Assembly: GCA_963743305.1 (NCBI GenBank)
Contig: CAVUPH010000010.1
Location: 96,001-160,000 of the forward strand
Length of the DNA: 64,000 bases
Direction of reading: 5' to 3'
From: an uncultured delta proteobacterium
Lineage (GTDB): Bacteria > Desulfobacterota > RBG-13-43-22
The first letter of the stretch is position 1. Each line of letters opens with the position of its first letter. This document shows positions 1 to 9,098 of this stretch, piece by piece. The position numbers were made by a program, and so were the translations under genes. The notes beneath the pieces are model-generated. The model saw nothing but the letters and a program-made list of their open reading frames with translations, made no database searches and had not been told where the DNA came from.

Positions 1-189
1 CCAGGACCCGACGTAATCGATATAGACCTGGTTGTCCACATCGAAGATCTTGGAACCTGCCGCCCGGGCAATGAATAAAGGGCAGGCCCCGACCGACCGG
101 GCGGCCCTGACCGGGCTGTTGACCCCCCCGGGAATCACCCGTTGACTGCGTTCAAAAAGAGATTCGGAGCGGAGATAGGTCTTATTCAT
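1..189 (-). CDS. hemL: Glutamate-1-semialdehyde 2,1-aminomutase, N-terminal part (runs off window)
   Basis: Manual translation [29 protein letters not shown]...[12 protein letters not shown] shows the Hem[12 protein letters not shown] and YIDY..SW motifs; overlaps the ahbB stop. Confidence 0.93.
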   Translation of the reverse strand, partial: MNKTYLRSESLFERSQRVIPGGVNSPVRAARSVGACPLFIARAAGSKIFDVDNQVYIDYVGSW

Positions 190-676
190 GATGAAAATAC
201 CTCATGGTGGTTTTCTTTAATTCGCGGTGACTGAACAGCAGCCGGTACGCCTCCAGACCGACAGACCGAGATATGGTTTGGGCCACCTCCCGGCAGCGGG
301 CCTCGGTGGCGGCGTGGATCATGGTATACAGGTTGTAGGGCCAATCGGCATGGGGTTTTCTATGGTAGCAGTGGGTGACCTCCCGGAAAGCGGCCATGGT
401 TTTTCCGATGGGCTCGATCCGGTCCTCGGGGACCTGCCAGACCGCCATGGCATTGGCATTGAAACCTGAATTGCGATGGCGCAGGGTGGCCCCGAAACGA
501 CGGATAACGTCGTCCCGCTGCAGGCGTCGAATCATCATCAGCAGCCGGCGATGGGAAAGACCCAGGCGTTCGGCCAACGGCAAAAAAGGCTGAGGGATGA
601 TCTCCAGGTCACCGGTCAATTCCCCGATGAGGGTTCTTTCCAATTCCGTCCAAAGGTGAGGAGTGGTGGTCTTCAA
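182..676 (-). CDS. ahbB: Siroheme decarboxylase beta subunit (Lrp/AsnC-like AhbB/NirH)
   Basis: [38 protein letters not shown] motifs; next to hemL. Confidence 0.88.
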   Translation of the reverse strand: MKTTTPHLWTELERTLIGELTGDLEIIPQPFLPLAERLGLSHRRLLMMIRRLQRDDVIRRFGATLRHRNSGFNANAMAVWQVPEDRIEPIGKTMAAFREVTHCYHRKPHADWPYNLYTMIHAATEARCREVAQTISRSVGLEAYRLLFSHRELKKTTMRYFHHE

Positions 677-1002
677 AAATATTCTTTCTCCAGTTCGGTC
701 ACCCGTCGCGCCAGGGTTTGGTGGATGGCGGTGAATTTTTCCAGCAACGCTTTCCCTTCCCGCGTTAAACGCAATCCGCCTCGTTTCCCCAAGGTGGTAT
801 CTTTTTCCGCCAAAGAATACCCCAAACGATCCTCCGAGGCCTTAAGGCGGCCCCAGGCCGCCCGATAAGACATATTCATTTTTTTGGCCGCCTGGGCCAG
901 GGATCCGTGATCGGCAATGGCCTGGAGGAGCTGGCGGCGTCCATCTCCGAAGCGGACCCGATGATCTTCCTCTTCCAGCCAGATCTTAAAAGAAATTTTC
1001 AC
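673..1002 (-). CDS. Stand-alone ModE-type N-terminal winged-helix regulator
   Basis: KIWLE..FG.GR..LL.AI...GSL..AAK.M.MSYRAAW..L...E..LG and RGG..LT..G; no molybdate-binding domains. Confidence 0.85.
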   Translation of the reverse strand: MKISFKIWLEEEDHRVRFGDGRRQLLQAIADHGSLAQAAKKMNMSYRAAWGRLKASEDRLGYSLAEKDTTLGKRGGLRLTREGKALLEKFTAIHQTLARRVTELEKEYF

Positions 1003-1015
1003 AGGTTATCCGCAA

Positions 1016-1921
1016 TTAAAACAAGTGGTCGGAAAGGGGCATCCTTTGATAACCCTTATTTCTGGCCCAGAGATCCAGATGCGTCGTCACCAAGTCGTCC
1101 AGCAGGGGGAGAGGATCCACCCGCCGTTCCCTCAGGTCGATGATTTTCAAATAATGCTTGCAGGCCTCGCAAACCTCCAGGCGAAGGCCCTTCTCTTTTT
1201 CCGAGAAAAAATAGTGAAAATTCTCTTGCTCCGTGTTGTCGCAGTAGGGGCAGACGAACCGGGGGAGAACCCAGGTAAATTCGCAGACGGAACAGGTCCC
1301 GAAGCGTTTTCCCCCTTCCTCCAGATAGGCCAGCAGGGGTCTGCCGCCGCAGACCGGGCAATAACCCTTGGACCAGGTGGCCCAGTCCAACTCGGGATCC
1401 CGGGCCAGGACCTGAGCCTGATTTTTGAGGAAAGGCTTCCAGGCGGCTAAAAAAAGGAACAATAGAATCTCGGGATCCAGACCGCAGGAGGCCGCCGCCT
1501 GAATAAAGGGTTGACCATCCTCCTCAAACAAAAGGGTCAGCCAGGGGGCCAGGCTTCGTCCTTCACCGGCTAACCATTTTTGAATCAAAGGGATTTGTTC
1601 GGTCATTTTGGGATTGGCCGCGCGGGTCCCTTTGAGGATTTCATGAAAAAGGTTTCGGAAACGAACGGCGTCGACCGGAAAATTTTTAAAAGAAAAAATT
1701 GGAAACCCCTCATTGAATTTAAGGCGTTTAAGCGGTTCAGTGTTGGGAAGCGCTTCCCCGGAGTCTTGGGCCATAAACGCCGACTGGATGGACAACAACT
1801 TTTCCCAAAAGTCCAAAAAGGGCTCGTACTGAGGATGTCTTTTCTTGTCTTCCTCAATCCGCTGCCTTATTTTTTCAGGGTCTGCAAAAGGGAATGAATT
1901 ATTCATGGTAATTTGAGTCAA
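1016..1921 (-). CDS. fdhE: Formate dehydrogenase accessory protein FdhE
   Basis: Four CxxC pairs (CPVCG, CSVC, CPYC, CEAC..YLK) and DDL.T.HLD tail. Confidence 0.88.
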   Translation of the reverse strand: MTQITMNNSFPFADPEKIRQRIEEDKKRHPQYEPFLDFWEKLLSIQSAFMAQDSGEALPNTEPLKRLKFNEGFPIFSFKNFPVDAVRFRNLFHEILKGTRAANPKMTEQIPLIQKWLAGEGRSLAPWLTLLFEEDGQPFIQAAASCGLDPEILLFLFLAAWKPFLKNQAQVLARDPELDWATWSKGYCPVCGGRPLLAYLEEGGKRFGTCSVCEFTWVLPRFVCPYCDNTEQENFHYFFSEKEKGLRLEVCEACKHYLKIIDLRERRVDPLPLLDDLVTTHLDLWARNKGYQRMPLSDHLF

Positions 1922-2075
1922 TATGGGTTATTTTTTATCATCTTGTCAATTTTTTCCCTTAAAAGCAAGCCTTTCCTGACCGAAATTAAAGGGGGGGAGG
2001 GCGAAATCGGCGTTCGGCGGGTTATCGTTTTATAACCGTTCTAAGTTCAATCCATTACTGAAGGGAGGTTTTGTC

Positions 2076-2510
2076 ATGCTGAAAGAGTTCAAGGAATTTG
2101 CCATGAAGGGGAATGTGCTGGACATGGCGGTGGGCATCATCATCGGGGCCGCCTTCGGGAAGATCGTCAGTTCTTTCGTGGCCGATGTGATTATGCCGCC
2201 CATCGGACTGTTGCTGGGGAAAATGGATTTCAGCGAGCTTTTTATCAACCTCTCCGGCAAATCGGTGGCCACTCTGGCGGAGGCCAAGGCCGCCGGTGTA
2301 CCGGTCATCAAGTACGGGCTATTTTTCAATACCATTATCGACTTTGTGATTATTGCCTTGGCGATTTTTCTGGTGATCCAGCAGATCAACCGGCTTAAAA
2401 AGGCGCCGCCACCGGCGCCGCTCAATACCAAGGATTGCCCGTTCTGCTTTTCGGCCATCCCGATCAAGGCGACTCGTTGTCCCCAGTGTACATCGGAATT
2501 AAAAGATTAA
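2076..2510 (+). CDS. mscL: Large-conductance mechanosensitive channel with C-terminal CxxC-CxxC ribbon
   Basis: [37 protein letters not shown]; GGAGG RBS. Confidence 0.96.
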   Translation: MLKEFKEFAMKGNVLDMAVGIIIGAAFGKIVSSFVADVIMPPIGLLLGKMDFSELFINLSGKSVATLAEAKAAGVPVIKYGLFFNTIIDFVIIALAIFLVIQQINRLKKAPPPAPLNTKDCPFCFSAIPIKATRCPQCTSELKD

Positions 2511-3316
2511 GTCCCGGATTTTCTCCCGCGACAACAGATAACCGGGGTATAGGTGAAACGCCGAGGATCATGGAAAAATGATTGGAACTCGGAATGAAAA
2601 CCTTGAAAACCGTTTTCATACTCCTTAAACCCATATCCCGATTGTCGGGCGGCAATCTCCACCTTTTGAGTCCAGTTGAAGAGGTCTTTTTCCTTGACCT
2701 TGCCGTAGATCAGATGATGGGAGTCCATCTTAACCCGGATTTCGGAAAAATTCAGGTCGAACAAATAAGAATATAGCTTCCGTCCAGCATAAGGGTCAAA
2801 GTCGGCTCGCTGTTCCAGGTGCTGTATCACTCCGTTCATCGCCTTTTCCAGGGTAGATGAAAACCCGAAATGAGACAGACAGTTATAGTCCAGATCGATC
2901 AAACAAAGAATCCCTTCCGGTTTGAGGGCGGAATAAATATTTCTGACGATTTCGAACCCGGAAGAGCGATAGTATTCCAACACAAAGCGGACCCAAATAA
3001 AATCAAAAGGACCGTGCGCATCGAGCGATTCCCGGATATCTCCGGTGACAAAATCCAACCCCGGGGAAGGAAAATGAATTCTGGCATAGTCAATTCGCTG
3101 TGCGGAGATGTCGATCCCCAAGGTGGATCCCCCCGGCTGAACCAGACGGTTCAAATAATAACTGGTCTTGCCCGGACCACAGCCAAAATCCCCCACCTTC
3201 ATTCCCGCTTGGATTCCGGCCCAGCGGGCAAATTTTTGAACAGTTCGGGGATCTGTTTTGATGTCCAGACGGATCGATTCGTCTTCGCTTTCCATTACAT
3301 ACGGCTGCCGTGTCAT
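2507..3316 (-). CDS. Class I SAM-dependent methyltransferase
   Basis: VGDFGCGPG motif I, GIDIS, FDFIW.RFVL, LKPEG. Confidence 0.85.
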   Translation of the reverse strand: MTRQPYVMESEDESIRLDIKTDPRTVQKFARWAGIQAGMKVGDFGCGPGKTSYYLNRLVQPGGSTLGIDISAQRIDYARIHFPSPGLDFVTGDIRESLDAHGPFDFIWVRFVLEYYRSSGFEIVRNIYSALKPEGILCLIDLDYNCLSHFGFSSTLEKAMNGVIQHLEQRADFDPYAGRKLYSYLFDLNFSEIRVKMDSHHLIYGKVKEKDLFNWTQKVEIAARQSGYGFKEYENGFQGFHSEFQSFFHDPRRFTYTPVICCRGRKSGT

Positions 3317-3597
3317 GTTGAATTTCCTTCTCGGGGGTATGGTCTTTTTTCGATGAAAAGGAGGTCCAGATGTTTATTGGGAGTGATAGGACCAAAGATA
3401 GTGTAAACGTATTCTTCCGGCCGGTGTGGCCGGTAAGGCCGGGGCTCAATCCTTCTGCCAGAGCGGAAGTAAATACCTGTTGGGGATAGGTCCCGGAATG
3501 AGTTTCGAAAGAGAATCCGAATTCCCGGCCGGCTAATTGAATAAAAAGGTAAACGACAGATGCGCTCTTCCCCTCGATGAAAATGATCCACCTCCAT
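3313..3597 (-). pseudogene. Possible PilZ-domain remnant
   Basis: RGEER (RxxxR) followed about 25 aa later by DLSPTG (DxSxxG); too short afterwards for a full PilZ barrel; stop overlaps methyltransferase start. Confidence 0.35.
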
Positions 3598-3629
3598 CCC
3601 TAAGCGGGCTTCTTAGGGATGGAGGTGGA
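3587..3629. terminator. Perfect 18-bp inverted repeat downstream of response regulator
   Basis: TCCACCTCCATCCCTAAG-cgggctt-CTTAGGGATGGAGGTGGA, 10 nt past the stop at 3639. Confidence 0.6.
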
Positions 3630-3638
3630 GGTTTTTGT

Positions 3639-4268
3639 TCAAGCCAAGCCATTCTGGAGCGCGTAACGGATCAACTCGGCATTATTTTTCATATTCATCT
3701 TTTCCATGATGCGGGAGCGGTAGGTGCTGATCGTCTTGATGCTCAGAGAGAGCTCCTCCGCCACTTCCTTGAGCCGCTTTCCGGAGGCAATCATGGACAT
3801 GACCTGATATTCCCGGTCGGAAAGGTTCTCGTGAGGCGATTTCTCCGCATTGATTTCCAGGTCGGTGGCCAGTTTTTCGGCTAAACTGTTGCTCACGTAT
3901 TTACGCCCCCGGGCCACTTTGCGAATCGCCGCCACCAGTTCCTCGGGGACGCTCTCTTTGGTCAGGTACCCGGCCGCCCCCAATTTCAAAACCCGCACGG
4001 CGTACTGATCCTCGGGGTAAATACTCAGCACCAGGACGGGCAACTTTGGTTTTTTGCTCTTTAATTCCTTAAGAATGTCCAGTCCGTTCCGGCCGGGCAT
4101 GGAAATGTCCAAGAGGACGATGTCAAAATCTTTCTTTCCGACTTTTACCAGGACGTCCTTCCCGGTACCGGCTTCATCGGCGACCGTCATATCGGGGTAC
4201 TCGGAAAGGATTTGTTTGAGTCCCTGGCGGACAATGGGATGGTCATCGGCGACTAATATTCTTATCAT
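3639..4268 (-). CDS. NarL/LuxR-family response regulator
   Basis: ADDH, LLDISMP, GAAGYLTK, LSDRE HTH. Confidence 0.95.
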   Translation of the reverse strand: MIRILVADDHPIVRQGLKQILSEYPDMTVADEAGTGKDVLVKVGKKDFDIVLLDISMPGRNGLDILKELKSKKPKLPVLVLSIYPEDQYAVRVLKLGAAGYLTKESVPEELVAAIRKVARGRKYVSNSLAEKLATDLEINAEKSPHENLSDREYQVMSMIASGKRLKEVAEELSLSIKTISTYRSRIMEKMNMKNNAELIRYALQNGLA

Positions 4269-6531
4269 GGTATTGCCCCCTTCTGTTCAAAGGAATTTCA
4301 ACAGAAATTCTTGTCCCTCCTTGAGGGATTCCCCGAATGTGAATGGTCCCGCCCCGGGCGTAGACCCGCTCGCGCATGCCGATTAAACCCAACGAGCGGG
4401 GGTCATTGATCCGGTCTTCGGAAATTCCCAGACCATTATCACTCACACTTAATCTTACCTGGTTTTTCATTTTTTTCAAAGTTATTTTCACCGCCTGGGC
4501 CTCCGCGTGGCGGATGATATTGGTCAACATTTCCTGAACCAGACGAAAAATCAAGGTGGAATCCTCATGATCCAGGGTTAACTGCCGGGGGGAGATGATC
4601 AGTGCCCCCGTCAGACCGGTACGGTCTTGGAAGTCCTTCAGCTGCCATTCCAGGGTGGCGGTCAAGCCCAGGTGTTCCAGCAAGGGGGGGCGTAGTTCCT
4701 TGGAAATATTTTGAATCGTATGGATCGTTCCGTCGATCAAACGGGTGATGGATTTGATTTTTTCGGACAGGGCCGGTTGATCGGGAGACAGACGCTGGTG
4801 AAGCCAAAACAGATCCATTTTCATGGCGGTCAGTTGCTGACCCAGATCGTCGTGAATACGCCGGGAGATTTCTTTTTTCTCTTTTTCCAGAATGGTCTGC
4901 AGGTGTTCCGAAAGATCCCGCAGTTGTCTCCGGGAAGCTTTCAGGGCCAGTTCGGTAGCCTTGCGCTGAGTAATATCCTGCACCAGCGAAAAAATTCGGG
5001 GACCCTCTTTACCGTTCACCCGTGTGGCGTTGATCTCCACTGGTGTCCGCTGGCCACGTGGATCCCGGTAGGTAATTTCTAGGCCACGAATAAATCCCCT
5101 TCTCAAACATTCCCTGACCGCGGCCAGGTTTTTCTCCCGCTCACTCTCCTCCGTCCATTCCTCGACTCCCCGGCCGATAATTTCCTTCGGACGATGATGT
5201 CCGGTCAACCGGGCATATTTTAGGTTGGCGTCCAGGACTTGGCCCTTTTCATTCAAAATAACAAACCCGGTTTCCGTTGTTTCGATCAGGGTACGGTACC
5301 GTTCCTGGCTTTCCCGCAGAAGGTCCTGGGCTTCTTTGCTCTTGGTAATATCCGTGGCAAAGACCAGTGAAGCCGGCCGGTTCTCCCAGCCGATCAATTT
5401 GAGGTTCAGACGAAAAAACCGTATCGCTCCATTTTTATGCAGGAACCTGATCTCGTACCGGCTGGGCGCTTTTTGCCCTTTCAAACGGCGAAGATGGTTG
5501 TTTTGGACTATGGCTCGGTCGTCGGGATGTATAAAATCCAGAAAAGACCTGGTCATCTGTTCCTGGATGGAATAACCTGAAATCCCCACTGACTTGGGAT
5601 TGGCAAATTTGACCTGGTCGTCCTGAATCACCAGGATGGCTTCATCGGCGGTTTCCACCACCTGCCGGTAGCGCTCTTCGGCCTTTTTCCTGACCGTGAT
5701 ATCCTGAACAATCCCTTGAAAATAGAGACGGTTCCCTGAAAAATCCTTTAACAAATAGGCCTGGTCAAAGACCCAGAGGGTGTGTCCGTCCCGGGTCAGC
5801 AACCGGTATTCCTGGATAAAAGGGGCCCCGGTCTTACCGGAATGCCGGGCCGCCTTAGTCAGGCGAGAGCGATCTTCCGGATGGAGCTGTCGGGTCCAGT
5901 TTTTCGGGGTGGACAACCATTCTTCAACCGAATATCCGAGCAGATCCTTTATTTGGGGAGCTATAAAAAACAACTCCGCCGGATTGAAAGGGGAGGCCAA
6001 ATAAGTCACGGCCGGGAGCGTTTCAACCAGGGTCCGGTATTTGAGTTCCGATTCCAGCAGTGCTTTTTCCGTCTGTTTTTGCCCGGTCACATCCGTGGTT
6101 TGAACAACAAATCCTCGAAAAGACCCGTCCTCTGTTATGATCGGCTCCCAGGAGGCCGAGGCGATCCAGATTTCTCCGTTCTTCCTGACGGCCCGGTATT
6201 CAAAATTTCTTCCGCCCTTTTTCTTCCGGTAACCTTGATCGAAGATGCGCTGGACCTTGGCAATATCCTCGGGATGAATCCAGTTGCCGATCTTTTTCAG
6301 GATTTCCGGCGGATAACCGGCGATCTTTTCACAGTTGGGGCTGATGTAATACGTTCGCTTCCGGCGGTCCATGAGGTGCAGGATGCTGGGCAAGGTTTGA
6401 ACGATGGTTTTGAAGCGGATATCCGATTCCTTCAGGGCTTCGGCTGCCTGCTCCAGAGACTCCAAATTACTGGCAGGTTGATGGCAAAGGGTACTTGTCG
6501 AGGATTTAGGTAACACAGAGCGGCGCGGCAT
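4243..6531 (-). CDS. Cytoplasmic multi-PAS histidine kinase (HisKA_3)
   Basis: Four PAS/PAC repeats, ISRRIHDDLGQQLT H-box, QEMLTNIIRHA N-box, DNGLG, GLIGMRER. Confidence 0.93.
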   Translation of the reverse strand: MPRRSVLPKSSTSTLCHQPASNLESLEQAAEALKESDIRFKTIVQTLPSILHLMDRRKRTYYISPNCEKIAGYPPEILKKIGNWIHPEDIAKVQRIFDQGYRKKKGGRNFEYRAVRKNGEIWIASASWEPIITEDGSFRGFVVQTTDVTGQKQTEKALLESELKYRTLVETLPAVTYLASPFNPAELFFIAPQIKDLLGYSVEEWLSTPKNWTRQLHPEDRSRLTKAARHSGKTGAPFIQEYRLLTRDGHTLWVFDQAYLLKDFSGNRLYFQGIVQDITVRKKAEERYRQVVETADEAILVIQDDQVKFANPKSVGISGYSIQEQMTRSFLDFIHPDDRAIVQNNHLRRLKGQKAPSRYEIRFLHKNGAIRFFRLNLKLIGWENRPASLVFATDITKSKEAQDLLRESQERYRTLIETTETGFVILNEKGQVLDANLKYARLTGHHRPKEIIGRGVEEWTEESEREKNLAAVRECLRRGFIRGLEITYRDPRGQRTPVEINATRVNGKEGPRIFSLVQDITQRKATELALKASRRQLRDLSEHLQTILEKEKKEISRRIHDDLGQQLTAMKMDLFWLHQRLSPDQPALSEKIKSITRLIDGTIHTIQNISKELRPPLLEHLGLTATLEWQLKDFQDRTGLTGALIISPRQLTLDHEDSTLIFRLVQEMLTNIIRHAEAQAVKITLKKMKNQVRLSVSDNGLGISEDRINDPRSLGLIGMRERVYARGGTIHIRGIPQGGTRISVEIPLNRRGQYHDKNISRR

Positions 6532-6588
6532 GAAACTTTCGCACTCCTTTTTTTTGATCAGAAAGACCGGAAGGAGCGGGTAGCAAAG

Positions 6589-7440
6589 TCAGGGAGAAGG
6601 CCACTGCAGCAGCTTTTGGGCATTCCCTCCAAAAATGGCCCGGTAGTCCTCTCCCTCGACCTGAGCTTCCCGCAGTTCCTTTTTATAACGGTCCGGCGCC
6701 AGAAGGGGATAATCGCTCCCGAACAGGATTTTATCGACGCCGAGGATATCGATGGCGTAGCGGTAAATTTCCGGGCGGTAGAGATATGGCGAAGCGGCTG
6801 TATCCACATAGGTATTTTTGAGTACTTCCCGGACTTCCCGTTTCAGGAGTTGATACCACCACAGTCCACCCCCCCAGTGGGCCAGGATGAAATTGGTTTC
6901 CGGAAAGGACTGAATCAATTCATAGAGCTCCCAGGGCGGCAGACGTTCCTTTCCCGGATAAGGGTGGCCCACCGGCTCATTGGTATGGAGCAGCAAGGGA
7001 ACGGCCCAGTCCGCCGCCAGTCGGGCCAGGGGACTGAACAACTCTTTCCAAGCGTGCGGGCTGGAAGAACCATAGAGGGCGAGTTCCCCGATCCCTTTCA
7101 TCCCGGCCCGGAGGCACCTCCGGGCTTCTTCCAAGGTGTCGGGGAGTTCGGGGTTTAAGCAGACGAATCCGACCAGCCGTTGAGGAAAACGGCGTACGGC
7201 TTCTAAAACATACTCGTTGGACCGGCGAATCAGAGCGGACTGTTTCCAGGGAAAGCCGAAAGTTGCGGCCCCCTGGACCTGATGGGTGTCGAGGGCGGCG
7301 ATGAGGCCTTCGCTCGTGGCCAGAGGGGATTTTTTCTGGTCTTCATAGAGGAGCTGAAAGGCCGGTTCGCCGGGGAAGAAGAGTTCCCGACGAGCGACGA
7401 TTTCCGGGGGAAAGATGTGCGTGTGAATATCTATGATCAT
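6589..7440 (-). CDS. Amidohydrolase_2 family protein
   Basis: IIDIHTH, KGIGEL, LAHWGG, LFGSDYP. Confidence 0.9.
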   Translation of the reverse strand: MIIDIHTHIFPPEIVARRELFFPGEPAFQLLYEDQKKSPLATSEGLIAALDTHQVQGAATFGFPWKQSALIRRSNEYVLEAVRRFPQRLVGFVCLNPELPDTLEEARRCLRAGMKGIGELALYGSSSPHAWKELFSPLARLAADWAVPLLLHTNEPVGHPYPGKERLPPWELYELIQSFPETNFILAHWGGGLWWYQLLKREVREVLKNTYVDTAASPYLYRPEIYRYAIDILGVDKILFGSDYPLLAPDRYKKELREAQVEGEDYRAIFGGNAQKLLQWPSP

Positions 7441-9098
7441 CGTTCGGGTTTAGCTCGCCGGGGATGGGGAACTTTTTGGGCCTCCGACACCAGATAATTT
7501 TCGGCGGTTTGCCAATAGTTCGGGGCAACCTGAGGCGGGCTGGATTCCATTTTTTCCAGATCGCTTTCCCGGGACTCCGGCTGGGAGTCGACGGCTTCCG
7601 GTGATTCTTTCTTTTTGAATTCCAGCCGTCCCTCCTCGGGCAAAATATGGGCCTGACCTTCCAGGTGTATGGTCACCTCGTGGCGGGATTCCAGACGAAG
7701 CAGGTCCTCCCGTTTGCGGTTCAACAGGTAATGGGCCACTTCCACCGGTAAAATCCCTTTGACGCTGGATACGGTGCCCTTGGAGATCCCCAGCCAGATT
7801 TTGCGCAGATAGGAAAGGGCGAGGGTTTCCACCGAGCGAACCTGGCCCTTTCCTTGGCAGGTGGGGCAGGTATAATAGGTCCCGAATTGAATGGGCGGTC
7901 GGATACGCTGCCGGGATAATTCCAGGATTCCAAACTTGGAAATGCGTCCGAGGGTCGTGCGGGCCTTGTCCTTTTTTAGGTGGTTCTTAAGTATCCGCTG
8001 AACTTCATTACGGTGCTTAGACTCCTTCATATCGATAAAATCGATCACAATTAATCCGCCCAAATCCCGCAGCCGCAACTGGCGGGCGATCTCCTCGGCC
8101 GCTTCCATATTGGTTTTGAAGGCGGTTTCCTCAATCTGCCGTTCCTTCACCGAGCGGCCGGAGTTGACATCCACCGCGACCAGGGCCTCGGTGGGGTCGA
8201 TGACGATCTGGCCGCCGGACTTTAGATTTACCCTGTTTTGAAAGATGGTCTCGATTTGATTTTCGATCTGGTGCTTGGAAAAAATCGGACGGGTTTCCTT
8301 ATACAGTTTCACCCGGCTGCCGTATTTAGGGTTGATGATTTTCAAAAAATCCCAGACCTGTTTGTAAATTTCTTTGTTATCGATCAGTACTTCCTGGATG
8401 TCCGGAGAAAAGTGATCTCGAACACTGCGGATGGCCAGATCGATTTCCTTGTAGATCAGGGACGGCGCCGGTTGTTCAATGGCCCGGTTTCGGATTTCTT
8501 CCCAGAGCCGCAATAGGTTTTCCAGATTTTTGGACAATTCCCGTTTGGTCTTTCCGTTTCCCGAGGTCCGGACGATGCAACCGATCCCTTCGGGGATCTT
8601 TAATTGGGTCATGATCTCCTTCAAACGGGCCCGCTCCTCTTCGGCCTCGATTTTTCGGGAAATGCCGACCATGGGTTCTCCGGGGGTTAAAACCAGAAAA
8701 TTGCCTGCCAGAGAGAGGTAGGTGGTCAGGGCTACGCCCTTTTTGCCCGTCTCCTCCTTGGTGACCTGGACCAATATCTCCTGGCCCCGGCTGACCATTT
8801 TCTGAATAGAGAGATGGTGCTTGTTGTCTGATCCGCCGGATTCTACGGCCTGCTGGAAATAATCGGAATGGATCTCATCGGCCTGGAGGAACCCGTTTTT
8901 TTCGCCCCCGTAATCGATAAAGGCCGCCTGAAAGGCCGGTTCTACATGGGCTACTATCCCTTTATAAATATTTCCTCGAATCTGTTCCTTGGCGGTGGTT
9001 TCAATATAAAATTCTTCCAGGAGCCCGTCTTCGATCAGGGCTACCCGATATTCCTCCGGGTCGATAGCGTTGATCAGTAATTTTTTTACCGGGGCCAT
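7437..9098 (-). CDS. Ribonuclease E/G family
   Basis: GNIYKG S1 domain, AAFIDYG, TEALVAVDVNSG, LRLRDLGGLIVIDFIDM, CPTCQG Zn-link; short C-tail. Confidence 0.95.
   Translation of the reverse strand: MAPVKKLLINAIDPEEYRVALIEDGLLEEFYIETTAKEQIRGNIYKGIVAHVEPAFQAAFIDYGGEKNGFLQADEIHSDYFQQAVESGGSDNKHHLSIQKMVSRGQEILVQVTKEETGKKGVALTTYLSLAGNFLVLTPGEPMVGISRKIEAEEERARLKEIMTQLKIPEGIGCIVRTSGNGKTKRELSKNLENLLRLWEEIRNRAIEQPAPSLIYKEIDLAIRSVRDHFSPDIQEVLIDNKEIYKQVWDFLKIINPKYGSRVKLYKETRPIFSKHQIENQIETIFQNRVNLKSGGQIVIDPTEALVAVDVNSGRSVKERQIEETAFKTNMEAAEEIARQLRLRDLGGLIVIDFIDMKESKHRNEVQRILKNHLKKDKARTTLGRISKFGILELSRQRIRPPIQFGTYYTCPTCQGKGQVRSVETLALSYLRKIWLGISKGTVSSVKGILPVEVAHYLLNRKREDLLRLESRHEVTIHLEGQAHILPEEGRLEFKKKESPEAVDSQPESRESDLEKMESSPPQVAPNYWQTAENYLVSEAQKVPHPRRAKPER

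Noticed and set aside
2430-2510. Zinc-ribbon tail on MscL
   Set aside because: Common known variant
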